From Setoptus koraiensis (Eukaryota; Animalia; Arthropoda), in the NCBI GenBank assembly GCA_048013815.1, contig CM106585.1:20336001-20400000 (forward strand): DNA of 64,000 nt. The letters are read 5' to 3'. Below, piece after piece: positions 1 through 10,697 of this stretch. Both the position numbers and the translations under genes were made by a program. Every line of letters starts with the position of its first letter. The first letter of the stretch is position 1. A model generated the notes under the pieces. The model saw only the letters and a program-made list of their open reading frames with translations. It had not been told where the DNA came from and searched no databases.

Positions 1-3000
1 GGTGGTGGGCAGGGTGAGTCGCTCAATTGAGAACGACGACAACCTGTGGAATAGCTCGTTGTTTGAATTGTTGGTGGCAAACAGATATTGGGTGGCCGCT
101 TCGTATTGGTGGCGAGTGTCCAACAGTTGCTTGTTTTGCTTGTCGTGCACAATTTTAATTTGGTCCTCAATGATGCCAGTGGCATTGAACAATTGCTGGG
201 CCCGGATAAAATTCAATTTCCAATCGGTGCGCGGCTGGCCCGACCGGTGCAACAGAGTCGTCTCTATGCCAATCCTGTCCTCGTCCAATTGTTGCAAATC
301 TCTGTCTAGCTGACGCTTGAGCAATTCAACTTGCTCGATCTGCTCCGACAATTCGCGCGACTCCAATTCGAGCTGGCGTCGTCGTTGGTGCCCCTCTTGG
401 TGTGGCTCGATTGGCGGCCCCATTTGGCGGTCCCAATTTGCGGAGGTGCCCGCGAATTGGGCCCCATTGGCGAGAAACGGATAAAGAAAGTTGCGCACAT
501 CGGACAACAAATCAAACATTGTCTCGTTGTAGGTGTGCGTCGCGCCCAAGAACCTGTCACTGTATATTTTCTCCTGATTGATGGTCCTCACGATGAAGTG
601 CAGCTTTTTCTCTATGTATTCCTCTTGCTCTGGAGTGAGCGAGCCAACCGAAACCGGCGAGGCCCATCGCTTGGCCCTGTCACGCCACCTGTCCAAGCCG
701 TTCAAACTGTCAAAATGTCCCCCGCGAGCGTCCAAACTGTCGGAATGTCCCCCAGAAGCGTCCACACTGTCGAAATGTCCCTCAAAAGCGTCCAAACCGC
801 CGGAATGCGGATGAGCCGATTGTTGGCGCGATTGGCCCGCTCTGAAACTGGCCGACCGGCGATAGCTCACGCTCAACCGGTCAGCGTCGTGCCACAGAGC
901 GGCCACTTTGGCCAGCCACTGGTCGTAGCATTCGCCGCAGCGCAAGCAGCTCTTCGGCGACGGGATATCCTTTAGCAAATTCATGTTGTACGTGTCCATT
1001 GTGAGGCTGTCGTTAGCGTCGGCGCCCTCGTGATGGGGCCCCGATGACCCGCTCGCCGCGCTTGTTGGGCTGGCGAGCGTGGCGGTGGCGTTGAAGTAGT
1101 AGCCCGTGGCGCACTTTTCGCACTTGCTGCCCGTCATTTCGGCCAAACAGTCGCACTGGCCGGTGCTCTTGTCGCAATCCGTGGACCGGGACCCGAACAT
1201 GTTGCAATTGCACATTTTGCACTTGCGCTCGGACTTGGGATCGCCCCAGAATCCGAAGCCGCACTGGTTGCACTTGCGGCCCCCGTAGCCCGGCTTGCAT
1301 TCGCACTGGCCCGTCAGCGGATTGCACGCCCTCAACTGGGTGCCCGCTTGAGAGTTGGCTCCTGCAAACTGGCCATGCCCAGCGCCGGCAGTGGTACCGT
1401 TGGACTGGGCGGTATTTGCGGCGGTTGTGAGCGTGCCCTCGGGGTCGCAATTGCACCGCTCACAACCCACGCCCGCGGTCATATTCCAATAGTTGAGCTG
1501 ACATTGGTCGCACTTGTCGCCCTGTACATTGTCGGCGCACTGACACTGTCCGGTGTGCCTGTCGCAGGGCAAATAACTGTAATTGTTGCTGCCGCTCGGG
1601 TCGTAGCGGGTCCCGTTGGGGTGACACTGGCACGCGCTGCACGATTGTGTCGTGGCATCACCATGATAACCCGGCCGGCACAATTCGCAATGGTCGCCCT
1701 CTGTGTCGTTGGTGCACTTGAGGCATTTGCCCGTATTCTGGTCGCAATTGTGGTGCGCGCTAACGTTCCAATTGTTGTTACATTGGCACATTCTGCAATC
1801 TTTGCCCAACTGTCCGCTCGGGCCCCAATAGTTTGGGGCGCACATTTCGCACATGGCGCCCACAAATCCGGGCTTGCACACGCACTCGAACGCTTGCTGC
1901 TGCTGTTGCTGGTATCTGGTGGTCATGGCACCCAAATCCGCCGGGCCGCCCGCTTCTCTGGGCCCAGCGCCGAGGGCGCCCCCCGCGGCCGGAGCGGACA
2001 GGTTGGTGCGGGTGGCGGGCAACTGAACAAAGTGTTGCAAGTGCGCCAATTGTTGATTGTTGTTTGCGGCTGCCTGCGCGGGCTGCCTGAACGCCCAGCT
2101 CGACCGACACTCGCTGGCGTGATATTCGGGCGATTCGGGCCCGTAACCGGGGCACGAGCAAGCGCTGCAAGCCACGTACACAAGCTGCTCGTTGCTGTTG
2201 GGCGGCGGGATTACAGAGGCCGGGATCATAGACTTGCCCACCGACGATTGAGCGTTGGGCAGCGGCAATATCGGCTGGCCGTAGTAGCCCGGCAGGCACT
2301 CGTCGCAATAGGGGCCCGCGGTGTAATTGGTGCACTGGCGACACTCGCCCGTCGACTGGTCACAACTGGCCGCGTGCCCGTTGCACGTGCACGGCTTGCA
2401 TTCCGGATACGACCAGAAGCCGTCTTGGCACTGGTCGCAGCGACGCCCAAAGGTGTTTTGTTTACATTTGCACTGGCCGCTGACCGGATGACAGCTGGTG
2501 TCTGAGCTGTTGGCCAGATTGAGGTCGCACTGGCACGCGCGACACTCGCCAAATTGCTCAAGTCCGTAGAAGCCCTCCATACAGGTGTCGCATTTGGGGC
2601 CCGTCACGTTGTCCTTGCAGCGGCACAGGCCGCTCACCGGGTCGCATAGGGTCACCGGGGGCTCGCGGCGATCGTCTTGCAGCGAGTGCCCGTCCTCCAT
2701 GGGCGCCAACTGGGTTCCGTCCGGGTGACAGGGGCACTTTTGGCAGCCGTACAGCGGGTCTGCGCTGTAGTTGAAATGACCCGGCAGGCACTGGTCGCAC
2801 GAGAGGCCGCCCACGTTTGCCTTGCACAAACACTGCGACAATTTGAGCGGCGATTTGTCATGCGAGAAGCGCTGTTTCAGTCTGGCCAGAAACGTTTTCA
2901 TTTCTGTCGCATTGGCCAGTCCGTTGTCGTCCGCAAATTGGGGCCCCAATGCACCGTCGCCGCCGCCACCGTCGCCCTGATAACAAAGTGCGCTCCCGTT

Positions 3001-4884
3001 CTGGGTGCCGTGCTCCGTCTGACACTGACACAACTGACAGGCGTCCGGTTCCCCAATCGACTTGTCAGGCGCCCTGAAGAAGCCCATTTGGCACAGGTGA
3101 CACTTGGCGCCCCTCGTGTTGTGCGAACACATCTCGCAAATGCCGCCGCTCGTCTTGTTTGACAGCTCGAACAATTTTGCATCGAATCGGCACTGTTGCG
3201 AGTGATCGTTGCACTGGCATTGTTTGCACTCGAACTGGGGCCGCCAGGGCCAATCATTATAAAATGGCTTGCATTCCTGGCAATTGGCGCCCTGGGTATT
3301 GTGCTGGCATTCGCAGTGCCCGTACACCATGTCCGTCTCTACATGATCTGGCTCGGCGTCGGCAATGGCGTTGTCACTGTCATTTTGTTGCTTGTACAGC
3401 GACGACGCCTCTGCCAGTGAGGCCACTAGTGGCTGTTTTACGCAACGGCTAGAGTGTTCGTTGCAGAAGCACGAGCCGTAAACAAATAGATCGTTGAGAC
3501 CGAAATGATATATTGTCTTGATTCGTTCGTCTTTCATTCTGTCGTGATACCGGCCACGAATACCATTGTCATCGTCGTCGCGCTCATCGTCGTCGTCGTC
3601 GTCATCGGTATTTTCCCGATTCACAAAGGTGGTTTGCTCATCATAATGCTGCAGACGCTTATTGTGGCCATTGTCATCACGATTATTGTGACTATTATGC
3701 TGCAATTCATCGCCCAACGTTTGCAATTTTATCAGATTGATGCGCAAATTTGTTACGCGCATTATCTTTTTCAATTCATGATACTCTTGTATAAGATCCT
3801 CGTTATACATGCCTATGTCGTCTAGCGAGTCCACCAGGGTTCTCTCGCGCTTGGCCACATAGCCCGGAGTGGGCGCCAGCACCTTCATCACGAGCTCGCC
3901 ATCGTCGGACGGATCGAGCGAGGGCAGATCCTCGCAAACGGTCTCGTTGATGCGCCTCTTAGGAGCCTTGCTCACGTTCGGGTAGGTGGCATGACAAGCG
4001 GTTGCATAGTACTGGTAGACGTGCCAAGTGTGGCCAAAATCGAACGATCTCTCGATGGAGGCTTGGGCCGGATAAAAAGAATTGAAGTGCATGATTAAAT
4101 GCGTGAACAAGAACTCGTTCTCCAGATCCAATTGAATAGTGACGTTCTCGGCTCCATTTTCCGCCTGCCACCAGGTGTGTTGCTCAGAGGTGTTGGCCGT
4201 TTGTTGTTGTTGTTCCAGTTGTTGTTGTTGTTGTTGCTGTTGTTGTTGCTGTTCCATTGTTGTTGACCCGTTGTTGGTGGCCGTCAGCAACTCATCCACC
4301 AAGCCCCTGGCATATGTAACATTGTGTTGGCGGTCGTAGCGGCGCCGTTTAATCACTTGACCAATACTGTGATCCTTGGCTGGAAATAACGGTTTGCCCG
4401 TGATGTTTGATTTGCGTGAATCGCACCAATAACAAGTGCGATCCTTGTTACAATAAGTCTGTGGCCTTAATAGACCGCATGTGGACGAGGCACGAATCTG
4501 AGATTCACGGCCAATCAGCAAATTGCCCGTTCTCAGTCCAGTACATAACAGTTCATTTGATGATTGTGCACCGCTTGCACTTGCTGTAGTTGGGCACCTG
4601 TAGTTATTGACAGCATTGTAGCCGGTGGTCAAAGTGGTCTCGCTCAGCTTGTTGGCTGCCAATTGATCAGGAATATCAGGTAAAAATGAATGATATTATG
4701 CAATGTGTTATGTAACGCATACAATTGAGTTGTAATCAACATGTTGCCAGCTCGTAAAGTGCATCATGCGATTCGCAACAAACAGATAGATTCTTCGAGC
4801 TCACTCACCTGAGGCGACAATCACAAACAACAACAGGTGATGAGATAATTGTTGCGCTGATAGTGCTGCCAGCCTGCTGCACAT
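1..4884 (-). CDS. LanB1: Laminin beta chain-like protein (LN + 11 LE repeats + start of coiled coil), 3' end outside the window
   Basis: Exons 4809..4884 (MCSRLAALS...LLLFVIVAS, signal-like) and <1..4655; intron 4656..4808 is GT-AG, phase 1. The frame stays open to the window edge, so it is missing from the ORF track. LN motifs: TGNLLIGR, STCGL, WWQAENG, VTIQLDLENEFLFTHLIMHF, TNLRINLIKLQTLGD. Eleven 8-Cys LE repeats follow, then CGECYDQW and heptad-rich sequence. Confidence 0.9.
703..810. repeat. 30-bp coding tandem repeat (about 3.6 copies) giving a 10-aa repeat GHxDSxDAxG in laminin
   Basis: Units of caaactgtcggaatgtcccccagaagcgtc type start at 703, 733, 763 and 793. Confidence 0.85.
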
Positions 4885-4910
4885 ATTTGCGTTTTAATGA
4901 GCCAATTAAT

Positions 4911-5000
4911 CTTGCCACGTCTTGCCAATTCTTGCCAAATCCTGCCAAATCTCGCCAAATGTTGCCAAATGTTGCCAAATGTTGCCAAATCTCGCCAAAC
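4911..5000. repeat. 10-bp tandem array, 9 copies of (c/g)ttgccaaat, just upstream of the laminin ATG
   Basis: cttgccacgt cttgccaatt cttgccaaat cctgccaaat ctcgccaaat gttgccaaat x3 ctcgccaaac. Confidence 0.9.
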
Positions 5001-5437
5001 GAATATGATTTGTTTGCCGCCCTAATTTCACCATGCCCTATCAAGGGTGAGAATATGTGTGTATTATACGTGCTTTGGTAAGCGTTGGGGTCGAGCGATT
5101 GTCGTGGATTCGAAGAGTCAATCCTTTATTGTTGCTTTCAATATCATCCCTTACTGTTGATTGAATCGCGCAAACAAACAGTTTCATTGTGCAATGCCTA
5201 TCTATTGATAGCCAACAATCATCGAGAAATCAACACAAAATTAACAGTAGTCGATAGGAAACGAGAGAAAGCCAACTAGTCTAGCCAGACCATGGCAATG
5301 TGCTCGCTCTGCTACAGACTGTGAGAAATTAACAAGATTAATGGCAAACACATGCGAACATCATTGTGACGACTCATGCGACCATTATCCTCACTGTTAG
5401 TCGTGAGAAAGAAAATAGCTGACACAACTTGTTGCTG

Positions 5438-5543
5438 CGATCGGCGGCGTTTGCCACATTGAGCTATTGGATCGATCGCCGATCGTCGCCGGCGCGCTGT
5501 TGCAGCCGATCGTCGTCGGCGCTCCGTTGCAGCCGATCGGCGG
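5438..5543. repeat. 27-bp CGATCG-rich tandem repeat (about 2.5 copies) plus extra CGATCG palindromes
   Basis: gccgatcgtcgccggcgcgctgttgca / gccgatcgtcgtcggcgctccgttgca / gccgatcggcgg at 5478, 5505 and 5532; further CGATCG at 5438 and 5473. Confidence 0.75.
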
Positions 5544-6436
5544 GCTGAAAACCAGATGCCTAAAGGCTCTATTCCTCCGATTATCCGATAATTCTCACTA
5601 TACAACTTGTTGGTTAGTTATACTAACTACAAGCGACATAAGCCACGAAATATCGCCGATTGGACGTCGCTGCCGCTCTCAACGGCGCCAGTATGCATGG
5701 TGCAAACAATTGAAAGTGCATTACTCAAACTGTCTGGCTAATCGTAGTTGGCGCCTCATCAATTTCAAGGCTGATTACGTAGTGCCTCCTCGGCCCACCA
5801 GGGCACGCCTTGGCTCGGCGAACGTGCAGCCGGGCTTTTACATTTGTACAATCGATTTAATGCGAATTGTATTAGTGCAAGTGCCAGTGTTGTCGCTCTT
5901 CCTCTCACCAAAATAATCTCGCCGCAAAAACAATTAGTGCGCAGCCTCGCGCCAGATTGCCGGTGTGCTAAGCGCACTGTTTAGTGCAACATGGGTGGAT
6001 TGGGTGAGAAAATTGCAATAATCGTGCCATCAACACAGTGCCGACATCACACTGAGATGCGAACGTTTTTTGCAAATTTACTCACTCAACTTCCGGGAAA
6101 GTGTTTGCGCATATTGAACAACAGATAAAATCAGAACAAAGGATAATAAAAAAAAAGCGCGACAGTATTGAAACGGGCGTTAGCGGGTGCTAACATTTCT
6201 CTGCATAAAAACGTTTGTAACTTGAGCGCTAGAAACAAGTTGCAAACAAAACAATTTTATTGCAGATTTTATTAATAGGCGGGGGAAGGAGTCGAATGTC
6301 TGGCCCCTGTTCAAAACAACCACATGTTTCTCATTAGCCAGCATCGTTTCGTCAGATCTGGTGCACCAATCGTCACTTACTATTTCTGTTGTTATCATTG
6401 CCACATCAGATCGGACATATTCAGAGTAAGACAAAA

Positions 6437-7000
6437 ATGAGGAACAACAACAATAACCGAATGGATCAAGATGGCACAAATGGCGGCAGTGGCGATGGCT
6501 ATTCCTCTGCCGACTCATTGGCTCGCCGAAGAGCTACACGATCGGCGAGAAGAGAGCCTCAAACGGCTAGAAAATCAACCTGCCAAGGACCGCCATTACC
6601 TAGACCCAGACGATCGGCCTTGGTGGGCCGAGCGGCAGTCGAGCCACCACTGGCTGCCGTTGCCAGACCAGCCGGAAGACAAACAGTCAGAAAGTCCACC
6701 TCGCAAGGATCAGCGCCCATTCTACCTAGATGTACCGCTAGAAAGAGGGCCTCGCAAGTAACCATGTCCAGGGAGCAGTTTTTACAGCTTTACCCAGCGG
6801 GAAGCCTGGTCAGAGCCAGAGCCATGTCATCGAACTGGCTGCGACCATATAGAACACCCCAAACAGCAAGAAAGTCTACGTGCCAACCCGGATTTAGGTC
6901 TGACCACATGCCAAGAGGTGGCCCAAGAGGAGGTCCGAAGGGAGGTCCGAAAGGTGGCTCGAAAGGTGGCCCGAAAGGAGGTCCCAAAGGTGGGTCCTGA
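6437..7000 (+). CDS. Small basic protein with three histone H3-tail-like QT(A/V)RKST motifs and a GGPK-repeat tail; no histone fold
   Basis: 187 aa from ATG 6437 (second ATG at 6461). Motifs at 6560-6580, 6680-6700 and 6860-6880 keep the amino acids but use different synonymous codons, which supports coding status. Confidence 0.7.
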   Translation: MRNNNNNRMDQDGTNGGSGDGYSSADSLARRRATRSARREPQTARKSTCQGPPLPRPRRSALVGRAAVEPPLAAVARPAGRQTVRKSTSQGSAPILPRCTARKRASQVTMSREQFLQLYPAGSLVRARAMSSNWLRPYRTPQTARKSTCQPGFRSDHMPRGGPRGGPKGGPKGGSKGGPKGGPKGGS

Positions 7001-9549
7001 GCAAAGCCCAGAATATACTCCGCGATGACGTGAGTTGCTGACGACTGTGGCCAGTATACGGAATGAGAAAAAAAACGCCAAAAAGTAGCCTGAAACAAAA
7101 AAAAACAATCAAAATCAATTCTGATCAATTGCGTGGGCACGTTAATAGATCCGTCCAATTATACTAACCTAACTAATAGCAACGATAAATAAATCTGCAC
7201 GCTTTAATTGACAAGATATAGCGAGTAGTGACTAACGTTGAAAGTCTTGACAACTGACAAGTCATAACTCATTGTAATCATAAGCGTGATTGCGAATGAT
7301 ACATATTTGAACGGCCATTCAAGTAGTCATATGATGATGTTGCATCATGAGGCTATGATGTATATGTAGTGTCACCATCCTTTTTTCTTGAGTGGAAAAA
7401 TACCATATTGTTTACTATAACAAGATTAGTCGCCTGATCGAAATTGAGTTAGTTTTGTATTGTGTTCATAGAGTGAAAGAGGTGGTAATTGTACTGGGAG
7501 GGGGAGAGAGACGCGTAGAGGTAGTTGCTCTCATAGAATAGATCATCATACTATAGATTGAGGATAGTAATAGATTGCAAGCTATAATTGTCTGAAAAAA
7601 TATCACAGATATATCTCGTTGCTTGCGTATCTTGTGAAAGAGTGCGTCTGTGTACGCCGTTTTTAGACCAGAGACAACCTATTAAGTGGGTGTAGAGACC
7701 TTGAGTCTTATCAAGGTCTCTAGCAACCGATGTAATAAATTAATGTTGTTGTTTTCAATAGATTTTCAACTGGGAGGCTGAGCTATTCTCCATGTTAAGT
7801 TCTGGGCACAACTCACACATGCAGGACTTAAGTATTAGCGAGACATTATGACTAGTTGCACCAATCAGTAGAAAATGTTGTAGTTGTTTACACGCCGTGT
7901 TGTGTATCAAAATACCTATGGGGATATCTATCAAAATCAGATCAAATGTCTAACTGAGCAACTGGCGCGTCTTGTGAAGTCGTGTCATGTGTAGTCCTTA
8001 CTTTCGCCTTGTTTTGTCTTGATTCATTTTATATCTTTTTGTTTTAATTTGCTTTGCTATAGTATATTCGGTTCCAGGCCAATGTGTGAATCGTCACATT
8101 CGCGAGTTAGCTATGACAGCAGCTTATGCAAAGGCCCTGCATAATAAAGAGCAAATCAACTTCTTTTTGATTGACTCTCGTTGTGCTCATGGTCTATCTC
8201 CGTGCCAAATAATCTTTGGTCTAACATTGATTGCGTTGCTGTAAAACTATATAGCTTTACATATACTCCTCGTTTGAAGTAGTATTAGGGGTAGTAGTAG
8301 TTTTAGTTTTAGTATAATAGTAGAATAAGCAGAAGTAGATGTTTACCTGCCATCTGGCCTTGATGAACTACTACAATATCTATCTAATATTAAAACTTTA
8401 CTCTTCCATGGTTCAGCTTTTTTTACAATAGTTGCAACTCCTGTGAGAAGTGTCCTCATCGACAGACCAAAATCTTCTACTGTTGTTTCATGAGGACCAT
8501 TATAAATACAGATCCAGATCCAGGCCTAGGCCAACGCCTTTTGCTTTCCGTCATTGGTGTGGCTAAACTTTAGTAGACATCACATGGTATGAATAGTAGC
8601 AGATGAAACATCATATCCTTGAGTAGTTACTCTGAAAGAAGTGATAACAACATAATTAAAAAGTTATTATGACAGGGAATAGAGGATAATGTCATATCCT
8701 TAATGTGATAATAATAGTAATGATAATAGATATTCAACAAAAATACAAACAAACAGACAAAAGCTGCATTTTTTAATGAATACTACTTATTTCGAATGAA
8801 TAATTGTGGCGCACGCAAACTGCACGTACAGCGCGCACTAGTCCTACAACAGACTAAATATTCGCAAGATAAACAACTGGAAATAATGATTCGTGTTGGA
8901 TCATCTTAAACAACATAAAGTCACCAAGATTGAAAACATTTATTTGCAACAATTTTTATAATTTTTTAGAAAAAAAAACTAGCACATCAATAGCAGAATT
9001 CAGCATAGCACTGGGTAGATTTGTCATTGTGAAGCACTATTTGCACTAATTGCACCCGTACGCATCAGCTGACTTGTGTCGACATTAATTGGATGGTCAT
9101 CAGTAGTTGCATCATGAATGTAATATTTTAACAACTCTACTTCATTCTTTATTGCCTATGATCGTTACAGAATCCAACCAAAATTTCACTCATTATCAAG
9201 TCGTCTCAACTCAATGTTTAGCAAGCTCTAGAGAATAAATTAGCCAACAAGCTAGGGCAAGTGAGAGATCTATATTTACATAGCGACGCACTGAATTATA
9301 TTGCAGTAGAATTGTTTGCAAAATACGTCGAACCTCGATACGTCGACTTGTGGGAGGAAGTGAGCAACAACAAAACAAGAAACAAAAGAAAAATTTCGCG
9401 GGCAGCATGAAACTTCGCGCATTCATTATCGTGTGACTTGCCTAATATTGTCAAACTGTATTGCTGCTGCTGCTGTTCTCACACACATAGAAGGTGAATC
9501 CGGCTTGTAACTAAGGCCTCAACAAACACTTAAACACACACACACACAC

Positions 9550-9581
<32 letters not shown>

Positions 9582-10697
9582 TCACTCACATATAGCTGAT
9601 ATTGGCTAGGCGCAACTCGCTAGTCTCTCCGCCAGTAGTCGTTGTTATTATTATTGTTGTTGTTGTTGTTGTTGTTGTTTACAGCTACTCTCCTAAGCTC
9701 ACACAAGCATCTCCATCGCTCATATATCACCGCCAAACAGCCCACTCTTTACTGTGTGCTTTAGTTTTTTTTATCCACATCAGGTTCAAGTTTATCTCAA
9801 ATAACCGAGGCCTATCATAGGAAACTGTATGTGAGAGAGGCTGCTTAATGTACGCTCAAAGTGCTCAATCTGCACACTCTTGACAACAGAAGCAATATCA
9901 GAGGCAACTACAGCACCTAGACATTGATATTTATTTGAGATTCTCTATTTTGAATATTATAACTCGTACGCTTGGAGAGCAGCGCTTATTGGTGTTGGCC
10001 CGCATATAGCTACTGCAGCTACTACTATTGCTACCTTTAGTATAAATACTGTATTTATTATATCAAGTATAAAATAATAATAATATATAAACGTCATCAC
10101 ATAGTCTGCACATTATCAAGGAAACTACGTTAGCACAATATAAACACTAGCACTACTAGCTTTAGCATTATTGTTATTATTATTATATCATAGTTACTCA
10201 ACAGTGACTTAATCTCGAGATCGACCCAGCTCAATATCTAAAGAGACAATACGCTAGATAAATATGAACATTTTCTAAAGACGCGCATACATTTGAGAAA
10301 GGTCACAGAAATATTACTCACATATGAGCGAAAACAAGGAACAATTGTTAAATACTACGTGCATACTCTGTTGTTTGATATTGTTGTTATATCACATCGT
10401 CAACCACAATTGGAGTTCAATATTCCCATTGTTTGTATCAGATACATGTAATGCAGCTAACATTATATAAAGATTACATAGAAGCTACGAGGGCAAAAAT
10501 TGAAAAAATACAATTGTTATATTTTGCTGTATGCCCCCTTTAGAGACCGTTACATCCAACACTGATCATAGTATCATAATATCATTATCATTGTTGTTGC
10601 TGTTGTTGTTGTTATTGCATTAGTATTATGTGATCATCACCAGTTATTCTCAAAACATCAGCTTCTGTTACTCACATTGTTAGTCATTTAATTATTT

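Noticed and set aside
331-3825. Long plus-strand ORFs (331..975, 1348..2505, 2677..3162 and others)
   Set aside because: Antisense shadows of the GC-rich laminin exon; no independent motifs.
6180-6518. 112-aa minus-strand ORF overlapping the start of the H3-mimic gene
   Set aside because: No recognisable motif, non-ATG start, and the plus frame shows the selection signal.
6437-7000. Calling the QTARKST protein a histone H3 or CENP-A variant
   Set aside because: No histone-fold sequence in the ORF or in any downstream frame examined.
8190-8635. Exon-like minus-strand segment with AG/GT ends giving a peptide of about 55 aa (MRTLLTG...WHGDRP)
   Set aside because: Stops in all frames near the acceptor and no homology; at most a non-coding transcript.
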